NCBI GenBank assembly: GCA_013265495.1
Contig: MU058781.1
Span: 2,644,158 to 2,708,157 of the forward strand
Length of the DNA stretch: 64,000 bases
From: Vicugna vicugna
Lineage: Eukaryota
Reading direction: 5' to 3'
In this document: positions 27,000 to 41,199 of the stretch, one piece after another
Layout: the number at the start of each line of letters is the position of its first letter
How positions within the stretch are numbered: the stretch's first letter is position 1
Made by a program: the position numbers and the translations under genes
The notes under the pieces: model-generated
Databases searched by the model: none
Told to the model about the DNA's origin: nothing
The model's input: the letters and a program-made list of their open reading frames with translations, nothing else

Positions 27000-27860
27000 G
27001 AAAGACTCAGCCAAGATTAAAAAACAAACAAACAAAAAAACCAGAAAGCAGAAAGACAGTATTTCTCTGGAGAAAAAAAAAAAAAAAAGCACAACATAAA
27101 ATGCATACATCTGTGGAAAACATACCCAACAGGAAAAACATTTGGTGTGAGAACAGACAAGAGAGATCAAGAATATCTAAAATTATGCTTGTGATCTATA
27201 ACATCTTTTAAAATGGCAAATTTCCTGGATCAACATGATGATCAAAACTGTCTTCATAATTAAGATGTCTGAAAACTCCAATACTTTGGAAAAAATTCTC
27301 AAATAATTGTGTTTTTAAAAAAGGCTACTAAGCTGGACAGCTTTACAGCTTTTACATTTTCAAGGAGCACATCATTTCCATTAGAGAAATTGTTCCATAA
27401 AATAGAAGAAGATTTAAAAAAAAACTATCACATTCATAGTATGAAGATGAAATGACTGCTCCAAAAAGCTGAATAAATAACTCAAAATTCCTAAACTGAA
27501 TAGGAACCTCATCTGTGAGTATAGCGGCAGAAATCCTTAAAATAATTACAGTCTAAATACAATAGCACCTTAAGAAATCATCCATTGCACCCAAGCCTGA
27601 TTTATTCCAGGAATTCAAGAACAACTTAATGAGAGAAATAGGTTTGCATATTACATAAATGGATCTCATGAGAAAAAAAATATAGTAAAGCTCAAAAAAC
27701 CATTTCATCATTCTGGATAAAAATTCTCATAAACTAAAACACGAAGGACATTTATTCGAATTGCTAATGAATATCTGATGGCTAAACAGCAGAGGTTCTC
27801 TCATTAAAACCAGAATTAAGACTAGGAGGCCTCATATCACCATTATTATTGATAGAATTG
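27000..27860 (+). mobile_element. Degraded old L1 (L1M-type) ORF2 fragments
   Basis: A-rich, with L1-like segments such as gcagaaatccttaaaata and gatttattccaggaattcaag. Confidence 0.5.
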
Positions 27861-30749
27861 CTCTGAACATCAGTTGTGTCTTGCAATTGACCAAAATCTA
27901 CTGGTATGCTTTTGCTTTGATTTTGGGTTTGGAAAACCGAATAGATAAATACCTGCTTCAGCTGGATTTCTGGCATCCCTGAGATCCTGCCTGATCAAAA
28001 GGCATATGATTATGTAGATAAACATGGCATCTAATCAAAGATGATTGACAGTTAGTATTGGGCTAACCCCTATGAGATTTTCATTTGCAGGTCAAAATGA
28101 TCAAATGTCAGCCTTTTTAAAAAATGGTTTAGTTTAATATAGGTATTGAGAGGAAATATGTTTGTTAAATAACTTTAGGGAGGATATTATATCTGTGGAG
28201 ATAAGCAGGAATTCAGGAGTGAACCAGAAATTGTTACCAGGTGTGTGGTGAGGATGAATCTGTACCTAAACACAACTTCTCTCACCCAGGTGCTTAGGAA
28301 CCAGTGTTTTCCAACACTCCCCTAAGAAGTTGGCACAAAACAAGACTGTTTGTTATCTGAACTTAAAACATTTTTCCCCACCACTCACCTCCATTTCCCA
28401 AGGAAACATCAACCTAATAAAGAGAGACTAAAGAGGCACAGGGTCCCTCTGCTGGGACACACTTCCAGGATGCATGCAGCTGTGACCAGGGAAAGCATCT
28501 CCTTCCCCATGAGGCCAAAAGGATGGATAAGAAACTTGATTTTCTCCCTGTGAGCTCCATCCTGCACCAAGTGATCCTGGCTACGGTTACCCGAGTCTGT
28601 GACATGATAATATCCATTTGGAACCAACTAAGGTTTATTTTAAAAAATGACAATATAAGGAAAATAATGGAATCAGATTATATACTACTAGTAATCGTCA
28701 TAGGATTGTTTGCATATTAGTACTCACATCATGGAATAAAATAATCATTATGCGCTGTATCCAATTTTCAGTTATTTAACTTTCCTTAAACTGTGGCTAT
28801 TTCAGGGAAACCCACAGCTTGGGAATTCTTTTCATCTTGTGAAGATGAATTAACAGCTGAACGTCATCATTACCACCTTAAATTTTCATGAGGAGAAGAA
28901 TCTCTAAAATCATGATCAACTATCTTGATGATTTACAGGGACAGAATGAAGAGTATGAGGAAAGAGTGTAAGAGAAAAATGAGGAACCAAAACCACAGCT
29001 AATGTTCCTAATCTACCCTCAAAAAAATAGATTTAACAAGAATGTGCTAAGAAGATAATCCTTCATATCTCTGAGACTTCAAAGGTAAAAGTTTTACTGT
29101 AAAGCTTGTTGAAATGATTGCTGCAGACTTGCTAACATTTTCAGGAATTGAAAGTGGGGGAGTATTCAGGTTTGCACAATCTATGAATCCCAGGTACAAA
29201 GTCGATTCTTGGTATTTATATTGCTAAAAAATATTTTGCTGAATTCCATTTTACTGTGCATGAGAGCTTATTGACATTATTAAATGTGCTACTTTCGTGT
29301 CCTGTGTCTTAGTTGTTGGGACACACAGAACCCACCGAAAGTCCTTTTAAGTTTGACAGCGTGGTGGATTTATGCTGAATTAGCTAAGTTTCTCTTTTTA
29401 TGTGCTGAATGAGAGATTTGAGGACACATAATGAATTTGATGCAGAAATATTTACAGAATGGAAAATCAGTAAAGATAATTATCATCAATGATGGATAAA
29501 CATGATGAAGTTTATGAATAACAGGAATCATCAACTCATTTATTCATACCCTTCAGTTGTGTTTGGAAACTAATTCTAGCACAGTGTATGTTAACAGGAT
29601 TACCTATCTAAGAAGAAAGGTCATAGGACTCTTCTATTATTCTTTGATCAGAGACAAATTTCATGGTGTACAAGAGATTTTGGAACTGGATTGCTATGTT
29701 TTAAAAAATAAAAGGTAGGAATGTAGCTATTATGTGAAAAAATGTGGCTTGAACAAAATAAAGTACTGCAAGCTGCAGATAATGGTACCAGCCTAGCAAG
29801 ATGTACCAACTGCCAACGTTTTTTTTTTTATTCAGAGAGAGTACTTTTTCACTGGAACCTCAAGAAATAATCAAACTGATGAGTCTTAAAAGTGCGAATA
29901 CTTCTTACATGATTTCTGCTATAAAAATACTCTTATCACTCCGCTCCAGAGAAGACTGCTGCAATTTCTCTACAGGCAGTAGAAGCTGAGATGCAAAGGG
30001 AAAATCAGAGATTATTCCGTTATCCTGAGAGTTGATTACGTTCCATTTTGGCATTTTTAGATCCAAGGCTTGAGGACAGATTTTAATCAAATAATTTATC
30101 TGAATGCAAAGTATATTAGAAATACAGTATAAGTGAATGTAAAAATCTCAAGTGTGATTCTGGAAGTATTTAGAAAGCTCTTGCTCCAGCAGTGCACAGA
30201 GCTTAAGTTGGTGAGATTGTCTCAGTGAATCTATGTTATCACCCTCAACCAAATCTCCAAGGCCAGGAGGTAAAGGGAAGGTAGCTGCCTTTTTTTTGTG
30301 CCCATCAGAGATGAAGGAAAGTTTGGTGTCAGCATGTCCATTAGCAGTGCCTATTCTTGTATAACTATCCAGAAAATCTCTCTCCTCTACCAATTCTGCT
30401 GAAACTGAACATTCACTTAACACTATCAATGTGCACTGTGGTACCGATAGGGGCAATTTAGCATTTCACAGGGCTGAGGAGTTATCAGAGTCCTGTCCTA
30501 AACTATAATATCAAATTTTTAAAAATTGACTCCTAAAAACTTTAGTGATAAAATTATAATGATAATCTTAAATAGAATTTCAGGTTAATTTTTCACTCCT
30601 GCAATTTATTCTATATTAATAAATTGGCTTTGCCATGGTTTTGGATAAATATTAATTTTTAATATTCGGCTTTTCAGTATTCTTCCAAAATATGTAGCCA
30701 ATATCCCTCTACTTAATGTGGTTCTAAATATACTGACTAATGCATTCAA

Positions 30750-31740
30750 TCATGAAACAGAAATGAAATATAATTCCTGAAGGAGAAGAGGTAAAATTAC
30801 CATTATTTGCAGATGATGTGAATATAATGGTACAAAACTTATGAGTATCAACTGAAATATTCTTAGAGTTGATGTGAGGTCATTGGCAACCAAAAATTTT
30901 AGCACCTTAGATTTTCTAAATAAGATTTAAATAATTAGAGAAGTATAACTTTTACTATCAAGACAAATTAGCACTGTAAAGAGTAAATACTTTTTCATTA
31001 ATGTGTTGGTTTAACGAAGTTCTGGTCACAATTCCGAAAGAATTTATTCTGGAGCTTAACAACAACAACAACAACAACAAAATCAAAAGATCAGCTAGAG
31101 AATAAATGGGTAAATTGGCTAAGCTTTTTTGAAAATTAAAGTGTGGGAAGAAATTGCTCTTTCATATATAAACTGTATTATAAGCTAACATTAAGTAAAA
31201 CAGTGTGATTTTATGAAAAAATTTAAAAGTAGATCTGAAACAAAATAAATTGTCAGAAAAAGATCCCAAGGCAGTGGAGAAGGGATGGTGCTTGCGGTAA
31301 ATATTGTAGGAAAATTAGCTGTTTAGGGAGAAACGATTAACGTGTCTCCTCTCTCATGAACTTTAATTGAATTAATATTTAGGAAAAGCTTGTAGTTGTG
31401 CCTGGAACATAGGAAGTTCCAGAAAACGTTTATTAAAAAAATAAGGTAACGAGATAAATTACGAACTTAAAGCAAAATGTCAAACCTTTAGAAATAAAGA
31501 AAATACAAGTTAATCTGGGAATTTATATGCAAAAAGGTAAAAATTAATATATTTGGCAACATTTTGTCCAATACCAGAAACAAAATACAATACAAACAAC
31601 AAACTGGGTAAAATATTTCCTAGCAAATGTGGTAGACAAATACAGAAAAAGTTCTTACAAATCAATAAGAAAACCAGCGATTTCTCTTGATAAATAAGTA
31701 CATGAACAGACAAGTCACAAAAGAAATATGAAATTCTGAT
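30750..31740 (+). mobile_element. Degraded old L1 ORF2 fragments including the RT motif
   Basis: 30785-30820 translates EEVKLPLFADDV (L1 RT FADD motif); later aagttcttacaaatcaataagaaaa. Confidence 0.7.
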
Positions 31741-34268
31741 GCTTATAAAAATACTAATTCAAAGTAATAACAATTTAAAAAATTGATAAAGACTTCCAAC
31801 AATCTCAACATTTTTGAATATTGTTAAAATATATTTTATCAAAGTTAAAATGCTCCTGGTTAAAAGGTCTCATAATTTTAATCAAAAGGCTTGTTTTCTT
31901 CTCCTCCCTACTCCAAATCCCACTCTTTGAAAGCAAGTACTTAACTCTTTGTTTCTTGTCATATTTATGTTCATATCTCTGAGTAATAAGCTTAAATTAC
32001 TGTTCCTATTTTTAATTGCTTTTATACCACAGTTATTAATCTCTGCAGTGACAAATAACAAGTTCCACCCTCTTACAATACACTTTCCTCTCGTCTCCTA
32101 CTCATGCAATTATATCACTTTTTAAAGTTAAATCATTACATTGTTATGACCATGTAAGTATCATTCCCTGCAAAACCAGGGAATGTTTTATGACTATATG
32201 TCTTTTATAGTCTTTTGCCCCCTGGTCCTTTGGAATTTCTGATTGCCTTTATTTTTTTATAGCACTAATTGCCTTTATCATATTGTCAGATTTTTTTCAA
32301 ACTCTTTACCCTTTCAGGCGTGCTAGCAAATCCTCTCCTGGACTTAAACCACCCTGGCAGAATCCTAGAGCTTTCTGCTGCAATCTGGGCTGGTTGTTCT
32401 GCAAAGATTTGTTTAAAAGATTATATAGAAAGAAAGGGTGTGGTGAGACACTCAAACAGTGCTGGTGGAGTGTAAACTGTTACAACCGCTCTGGCAAGCA
32501 AGTCGTCAATATGTGTCGAAAGCTATAAACATTCAAAGACTTTGACCCCATGTTTTACTTAGAGAAATTTCTTCTAAGAAAACAACCAGAGGCATTATAC
32601 AGAGTTATGTTCTAGGATGACTACTGCCACGAAATTTCTATAAAATATTGGAAATGACTTAAGTGTCCATCTGTTCCTGAATTGTTACTAGATTATAGAG
32701 TATTCTGGATTTATTGAAATTCATTGGTAGAACACTTTTTGAAATCTACTTTGGGGGAACACCTCAAAGAGTGAAATGGCTGTCTTCAAGCATCTAAAAC
32801 TAAGGATGAAATAAATGGAAGTGTAATAAGAAAACTATGTGATTGTCAACCAGCTGCGCCATGTTTCACATCTTGGGGAAACCTAGCCAGGGCAAGCAAA
32901 GTCAGCTTTCAAAAGGACCTGCAAATCAAAGGATACAAGTATACACAGCAAAGTCCCAAATGCTGAATGACTGTAGAGCAGCTATTCACATGGCAACCTT
33001 CCGCAGAATGCATGGCCCACGTGGCTCGCAGAGGCTTTATTTTTAATTTAATGATGGTAGTGATGCTTCCAAGCAATGAGGAAGACAGCTATGAATGACT
33101 GGGTCTGGAGTTAGGTAGGTATGTGAAACTGACAAGGAGGGGAAAGACTATTATTGGAGAAAGACTATTATCCCTGAAAGTTCACAGGGAGACGCAAACA
33201 ATTGCCCAAGCGCTGAGGTCCTGGGGAAAGGGTGTGTGGGAAATGCGTAGACTCATCTCGAGAGTGACAAGGAAAATTACATCATCAGGGGAAGTCCAGG
33301 TTTCAGCTGGGATGAGGCAGAGGAGTATGTATTTGAGGCAAAGGTTTCTAAATTTTTGAAAGCTGCTTGGCAGCTGAGCAGGGCTACCAGAAAAAATAAT
33401 TTGGGGCAGGGTTCAGGGAAGGTCAGCGGGGAGGATGTGCTGGAGAACAGTCAGGCTGCTCTGAATTAATGAAGAGATGAGACAAGGGTGGGCCACCGGA
33501 AATTTGTCCCTTATCAATCCTGAGGATGAGAAATTCTGGGAATGAAGGGATTTGGGCCCAGTCGGGCATCAACAGAATCAACAGGATGGAACTGACAGCC
33601 CGAGAATTACAACCGAAATGTGGGAATGAATTATGAAAACGCCTCCACAAACTACTGTTTCAACTACCTCAGGTCCACTTACCCGCTTATTGGGAGTTTT
33701 AAGGTTGACTCCATGCACAAATATTTCGGGGAAACCCCATGGCTTAGGACTGGATGCTTTGCAAGAGAATGAAGTGGTGAGGAGGATGAATTTAGGATTA
33801 TTTGTTTATTAAAACAAAAAAAGCACAGATGAGAGAGGTTGGAGCTGCAACAGTAAGAGAAAATCCAGTATTGGCTCAGGTTAGCTGGGACAGGCTGGGT
33901 GTTTGCACAGGAACGTTCGGCGACCATGTGAAATCTGGGCTGAGTTCTGAGTCAGGGTGGAGCGAGGTGGGAAACTGGCTTCCTAGCAGAATGGACTTCA
34001 CTCCATTGTTGAGGACAAAATCTGCCAGAAATGGCTCGGGTTTTGGACAAAAGGAAGGCGCAACAGTAAATTAGTGAAGGAAGACCAAAAGAAGGAGCAA
34101 AAAGGATTCACGCTTTAGAAGTAGACATGCAAAAAGTTTCAATTATCCACCTGATGACGTTTTGTTTTCCCACTTCCCCAAATGTGTATTTTTAACCTAG
34201 GGCATCATTCAAAGTGGGTGGGGTTGTGGGAGCTGAGTATGTTTACAGATACTTTCTTATTTTCAGGT

Positions 34269-34594
34269 TAAAAAAAAAAAGACAAATGAACTTATATATA
34301 AAACAGAAAAAGGCTCACAGACATAGAATACAGGTTTGTGGTTGCCAGGGGGAGGGGAGTGGGAAGGAATAAACTGGTAGTTTGAGATTTGCAAATATGG
34401 ACTGGTATATATAAAATAGATAAGCAAATTTATACTGTATAGCACAGGGAAATATATTCAGTATCTTACAGTAGCTCATGATGAAAAAGAATATGAAAAT
34501 GAATATATGTATATTCATGTACAACTGAAGAATTGTGCTGTAAACCAGAAACTGACACAAAACTGTAAATTGACTATAACTCAATAAAAAAAAA
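34269..34594 (+). mobile_element. L1 3'UTR fragment with polyA signal and tail
   Basis: gacaaatgaacttat...tatactgtatagcacagggaaatatattca...ctcaataaaaaaaaa; clearly related to 15382-15806. Confidence 0.9.
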
Positions 34595-36630
34595 GGAGTC
34601 CATGGGCACAATCGTCTTTATAGTAACCACTTAACTGTGAAGAAGACATTCCTTTCATCTTACAGTCATTAGCATTTTCATTGGCCCACATTTTGAGAAA
34701 TGATTCATGTAGATAATAGAGAATGTACTGCATCCTCTGACAGACACAAAAGATTCAGAGCTACTCAAACCCTCTTAGACCAGCTGGTTACCTCCTTGCA
34801 GATTCCTAAGACGCTGCACTTGAGTTTCTGAATTTGACGAGCTAAATATATAAGTTTTGGTAAATCTACAGAACAAAGCTTATCCAGTCTTCAAAAGAAA
34901 TCTTATTCTGTATCCTGCATCTACAACCATATCTATCAAAACCAGCGAGGACAAATTCCTTTAGGAATTAGCACAGAAGAAATCTGTTACAACGGATGTG
35001 CATCTGCAAATTATTGATGGAGAACGAAGTTTGTTACCTCTGCCTCATCCAGGGTATGGGTGTTCACAAAGTGGTCTCATTTTTCACCCCCCTGACATTG
35101 TCCAGCCCACCACTCTGGGTTTGCACAGATGCTTCTGTCTTCCTGATACTCTATTTCCATCATCAGTGTTCTCACGGAAAAATCTTTCACCACCATAAAT
35201 CAACTCGGCTGTTATGGATGCTTGGCCTGAACTTACACAAACACTATGCGATCTTGGAAGAGAGGGTTAAATGGATTATTCTGGACATCTTTTACGAGAG
35301 CTACAAGTTCCTCACATTTCTCTGTTGTGTTTTCCTTTCCTGGGGGGCTTAATTTCAGCACGATCATTTTCTCTATCCATTGCAGGTCTTTGTTTAAAAA
35401 AAAGAAAGGAATGTGTTTCTTAGAAATTATCTTTGTGAACTGACCTTTGCATGTTAAATCACAGCTCCGTTGCCTTGATTTCTAAAGCGAGTGGAAGGAG
35501 GCGTGCTCATAAAAGTCCAACTCTCCCTGATCTTAGGTTTGAGCTCACTGATTTTTCTTTTGAACTCATTGCAACATTTAATATTATTTTCTCTAAGAAA
35601 CAGAATATCATTTAATAACAGATTTTATATAACTCTTTTTACCTGGAACACCCAAGAATTTCTATTGAGTAAAGAGTAATTCCTCACGTAACATTAAGAT
35701 GGATGTAAACTCTGATAGTGGTAGGAAGATTCTCTTCTTTCTTGTGGCTAGGTCTCTGCTCATCAAGATGCCAACGACTTTAGTGAGAAAAGAAATCCAG
35801 GCTCCAGAAGCATGATCAGAAGCAGGGAACCAAGAATAGGCGTGTGAGATCAACCTGGGCTTGAACCCATTGCTCCAATAACTCTATAAACTTGAAAATT
35901 TTTCTTAACTTTTCTGAGCTTCATGTGTATAGGTGATAGATGGAGGTGTGGACAAGTGGATTTGAAGTAATGGTCCCAAAAGACAGGATAATCGTTTTTC
36001 TGAAAACGAGAGAAGTCTATATAAAAGGGGAAATTATTTGAGTTCTTGTTTAAGTTCAGTGAGCAGGTTGGAAGGGAGATCACTAAAGAGAGGATATTCT
36101 GGATTTAGGGCATGGCACGGCACCGTCCTTGGACATGGACGATGAGCTGGGAGTAGGAGGAGATGAAAAAAGTAAAAGGTGACTCAGGCAGTGTTCTCTG
36201 CCCACGTGTTTCATAATAATGATGTCTTTTTGGTAGAACCTGATCACAGAGCACTTGATTTCTTAATGGGGATTTCCTTTGTGAGCCATATTCTCATCTT
36301 TGCTCCAACGCTACTTCATTTATCTGAAGGGATCAGTCTAACACCAGGGAACAGGGAGAGAATAAAGAGCTGTACCGCTTAGCTTTGTTATGAATGAGAT
36401 GGGAATGCAGAGTCAGAGATGAGTGGGGGCGGAGAATTGCAGCAGCCTCCAAGGAGGAAGGAGGTTTGGAGGAAATGCCCTAGAAGCCAACAGCAGTGGG
36501 AGATCTCGATGTTAGATCTGCCTGGGTTGTAGGAAGCTTTGACCAGAACTTGTCCAATGCCAAGCTAGGTGCTTGAGCTGATGTGTAATAATTTCTGAAT
36601 TTGTTTCATGAATGAAAATAAGAATCTACC

Positions 36631-37033
36631 TGTTAAAGACTGAATTGTGTCCCCTCCAAATTCCTATGTTGAAACCCTAACCCTCCGTACCTTAGAATGT
36701 GACTGTATTTTAAGATTGGGCTATTAAAGAGGTAATTAAGGTAAAATGAGATTGTTAGGGTGGGTCCTAATCCAGTGATTTGTGTCCTTATAAGAAGAGA
36801 TCAGGACACACAGAGAGACACCAGGCATGCGTGGACCCCGAGAGACGGCCATGTGAGGACACAGGGAGAAAGCAGCCACCTACAAGCTAGGGAGAGGGTT
36901 CTCTCCTTAAATAATCCTGCTGACATCTTGGTCTCGGGTATCTAGACTCTAGACCCGCAAGAGAATACGTTTATGTTGTTTAAGCCACGCAAACTGCAGT
37001 ACCTGGTTGTGGCAACCCTAGTAAACTAATATA
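36631..37033 (+). mobile_element. Solo MaLR LTR (MLT1B/C-like)
   Basis: tgttaaagactgaattgtgtcccctccaaattcctatgttgaa...aaactaatata; 5-bp flanks ctacc/ccacc. Confidence 0.88.
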
Positions 37034-38725
37034 CCACCCTTCTCATTTAATATTCCTCCAGATGACAATTATGCCTTAGTTACACTTGTTGTCTATCCCC
37101 ATGGTAGCAACTTTTTTTTTTTTTAACATTCTAAATGACTAAGTTAGGTGAGAGGAGAAAAGTAAGTCGGAGAAATAGGGACATACATGAATAAGGAACA
37201 GAAACAAAAGTCTACATGAAAAATGCAATCAAGATGGACATAAAGTTGAGGGAATACTTAACCACCCTTTACTAGTGACTCAGAGACTGGCCACTCCTTG
37301 ACAAAATTTTTTCCTAGAAAATTGACTAGTATTCAAAGAGGAGGCAAGATGTCAGGGCCATTGTTTCAGTTCATTCTTTCGCAAATGGGACGGGGGGGAG
37401 GTGATGAGGAGGAGAAGCTGGAATTTGGGCCTTGGTTAGGAAAAGAAAGAGACCAGAGGAAGAATGAGGGTCGGAGAAAATTCACGATGTGACTACCCCC
37501 CACATTTTACACATGCGAAACAATTCAGAACAAACATCAAGGAAGAAAAGGGAGCTAATGTTTACTGAACTGTACTTGTTGGGGATCGTGTGCCAAAGAT
37601 AGCCTTGAAAGCAAAAACAAGTGGAGAAGAGACCCTGAAAGCTCTAAACGGAATATCAATGGTGGCCTAAGGGAGTTCTGGGAGATGAACAGAGGCTGTG
37701 CAGGAGAGCTGTAGAGAATAATGTAATGGGAGTGGTGCTGGTCCAGTTATGATTATATGCCCTTGAATTGCTCTCATGTATTTGATGTGGATCCAGACAG
37801 GAAAGACACAGCCCATCTTCTCAAGGATCTTCTGGTCCAGAGCACTCTGACCAGTAAACTGTGGATGGACTACAATGTTATAAGTGCTAAGATGGGGAGA
37901 CATGGCATGCACTGGGAATGCCTTGCCTGTTGCTGGGGAGAATACAGCGGGTCAGAGGAGGCCTCTCAGAAAAGGGGATGTCTAAGCCAAGTTCTACGAG
38001 AAAAAGAGGGGTTAGGCAAATGCAGAGAGAGGTGGAGGTGCATTTCAGGCTTGTGAAAAGCTTACGAGATGAGAGATCATGACTCACTCATGGGACGGTA
38101 GGTAAGTTACCATGACAGGTATGAAACGGTATTTCTGAATCTTGTGCTTTTCTCAGTGGTAGGAGGAAGGGCAAGGGAAGAGACCCACAGTGGTTCTCTC
38201 AGAACGTAAAAATGTCTTTATTTGAATAATGTAAATTAATATCATCTAAATGATGTGCATATAATTGAGGACAATTCCAATTAAGATAAATGAGGGCAAC
38301 AGGAAACTTAGCAATATGTATTTTTTCTTTGAAAGGGATGTGTTTAAACACTGGTGAGAGATGTAACTAGAATGGTAGTCAGGACCATCTGTTTTAAAGT
38401 TACAGCTGACCTACGAAGTTGCTGGTTCTAAAAATAACTCAAGGAGCTGCAAATTTCAGGGTCCTGAGTTAGCACCCCAATTTAACTGGCCAAAGGAAAG
38501 ACTTTAGTGGATTTGGGGTTTAAGTGAGGTTCTTGTGCTGTCCTTGAATTGCAGTAATCGTCCCTTCTGTCAAGAAGGGAAGAACTGGAGCTCTGAAGAA
38601 AATCTTCTCATGTAGAAAATGGAACATAATAGAGCCATCAACTTAAATGGGAAGTGGTCATACAATAAAAGAGCAGTCACTGTTCAGAAATGCCACTGGG
38701 TGGGTTGGGGTCAGGGGACTAAAGG

Positions 38726-39181
38726 TGTGAAGGAAAAGCTGGGCTGGTCTAACAAGATAACTCACAAGTCTAGGAATGTGAAGGAGAGGCTGGGCTGGGC
38801 TAACAAGATAACTCACAAATCTAAGTACTGGAATACTGATCTGAGTTCTGCTAGACTAACTTGTAAATCTAGGTTAATTAGTGTTGGTTTGCTGTTCATG
38901 TTTTTTTGCTAGCCAGCTGGGTTTTCAAAGATACATATCTGGCTTTGGAATGTTGGTTTGCTGCCTCCCCACCTCCACTTTTGTGATGATAATGCTGCTA
39001 AAGCTGTTCCATGCCTATTCGCCTAATAACCCAAGTTTGTACTTTACCCTATAAAACCTCATGTGCACGTCTTGGAGGTCCTCAGAGCTTCAGAGCAGAA
39101 GCCCCTCTGGCGTAATATATCTGAGTACTCCAACCCTCTGAGTGGTGTATGTTTCTTGACTGGCCTGTCATTTCCGTAACA
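38726..39181 (+). mobile_element. ERV1-class solo LTR with 51-bp tandem duplication at its 5' end
   Basis: TG...CA termini, perfect 4-bp TSD AAGG (38722-38725 and 39182-39185), TATAAAA 39050-39056, variant polyA signal AATATA 39114-39119. Confidence 0.8.
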
Positions 39182-39869
39182 AAGGAACAGAGTTTTTTCT
39201 TTGTATGTGTTGTATTTGGCTTCCTGGATGAAATTTCATGTTATCTTCACTTGGTCTTCACTGTTACTAAAAAAAAAAACAAACTTTCATCTTAGAAAGA
39301 GGTATTGATACCTTTTCATTGTGATTAAATTAATTGTCTTTTGACCAGTGAATTGTAAATAAGTACACCACGCCCCACAAGATGTGTTAGGCTAGCTCAG
39401 ATTGGAGTCAGAGATGAAACTGATTCTAATGGGTATAGATATATTTAGATACAGACGAATACTAATATTTGAAGGACTGTGAAGCAATTAGCAACTTGAG
39501 AACTTTTTAATAAAAGGCTCTTTGACTTTTTGACAGAGAGCACAATGGGAAGTGACTGACTGCCAGAGTCAGTTGGTTGCATCTTAGAACAGAGCCCTGT
39601 GACGTAACTGAAATTCATCGGGCATATTTACTACATCACAGAAAATCCCCAGTAAATGAAGATAGGTTCCTGATGGAAGAGTGGCAATTCATTTTCAAAA
39701 TGTTGATTTCAGCCCAGATTATTCTCATTTCTTGTGTTTCTCCCCTAGTCGGGATTTAAGGGCACAAGTTCAGGGACTGTACGGTCCATGACTGTACTGC
39801 CAGCATCTAAAGTTCCACCTTGTATGTAACACTTTACATAAATATTTCCAGAATGAACTAAAATCATAT

Positions 39870-40050
39870 GCACACCTACTTTGGGCCAGGCACTGTGCTG
39901 GATGCTTTGCAATCTTTGTCTTGTTGACTTTCATCAGAGTTAATGAGGTATCCCCTTGGCCCATGTGGAAACTGAGGCTCAGAGAGGCTAACTGTCCAGG
40001 ACCAATAGCTAGTGAGTGTCAGATCCGGGACTCCACCCAGGCCTTGTAAA
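39870..40050 (-). mobile_element. MIR SINE
   Basis: cacctactttgggccaggcactgtgct...ggaaactgaggctcagagagg. Confidence 0.75.
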
Positions 40051-40885
40051 CTCACTCGCAATATGGTTTCTGATTATCTTGGGTTTAGGGAATAATTCTG
40101 GTTCTTTGGTGGGAGGACAGGGTCCTGCCTACTACAAAATCTTTTCAAGTTTTTCTTCTGCTGCTGGTATATATGTCTCCAAAGACCCATGGTGTGAACT
40201 GGATAAGTTACCAGTCGAGTTCCTTCCAGATCTTAATGTTTAGTGATACACCAGGAAGCCAGGCAACCTCAAAAACTCCTATCCCAACAACACCTCTAGT
40301 GGCATCCATGGGCCACTTGCGTACATGGGCCATTAGGCCTCAGGGCCCCCCATTTGGCTGCTTGCTGCTGGCACACTGCTCCCTTCTTTGCACACAGGCT
40401 TCCTTAAGAGTCACATGGACAAACAGAAAGTACTGTCCTGATGAGTCATTTTTGGCCCCGAAGCCACTTCTCACTCAGGAGGCAGGAGAGAGGTGGGAAG
40501 AAGTCTTGGCATGAATTCCTGAAGAGAGACTTGACCTGGTTACACATATTTCTTTTGTTATAAAATCCAGATTAAAATAGACATCTTACACTTGACACAG
40601 CAGATCTGCAGTTAGTATTTTTCTTTTCTACTGTAACTAAAATCCACTTTCCTCCCCAACCTTTGGACTTGACCATGAAGATTGTAACACATCATAAAAA
40701 CATAAAATTTCCCACTTTCTTCCTAACAGGATCCAGGGCAAACATGTTCAGGTATGCTAAACAAATGCTATTTTTGGAAGTGTTACATGGGACATTTAAA
40801 AGGTAGAGGCCTCGCATTCAAATCTTCCTTCTTAGCTAGCTGGTTAGGGTGCAAAGTGAGGACTTGGAGTGAGAGGGGCTTGGCT

Positions 40886-40970
40886 TGTGTGTTTTGTGTG
40901 TGTGCATGTGTGTGTGTGTGTGTGTGTGTGTGTCTCTGTGTGTATGCATGCGTGTGTACCTGTATGTGTA
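40886..40970. repeat. Imperfect (TG)n microsatellite
   Basis: Long tg dinucleotide run with interruptions. Confidence 0.95.
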
Positions 40971-41199
40971 TACAAATGAAAATGAAGAATCCTAGCACAC
41001 ACAGAGTTCTACTATTTACACAAAGATGTTGATCGTTTCGGGACAGTTTCTAGGAGGGAAAATCTTTACCCACCTGGAGTTCTGTGACTGTTCGCGCAGG
41101 CATGGTGTTAGGGACTTTATGTTCATCATGAATTCGATTTGTACTTAGAAATCTGTTTTACCGACTACTTTCCAAAAGTAAGTTACTCCGCAAAGGCTG

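Noticed and set aside
34996..35352. 118-aa ATG ORF considered as a processed pseudogene
   Set aside because: No recognisable protein similarity in the frames I read, and no polyA/TSD structure
38726..38827. Direct repeats considered as CRISPR-like or other prokaryotic system
   Set aside because: Only two adjacent copies with no spacers, inside an LTR in mammalian DNA; no cas-like or operon-like ORFs anywhere in the window
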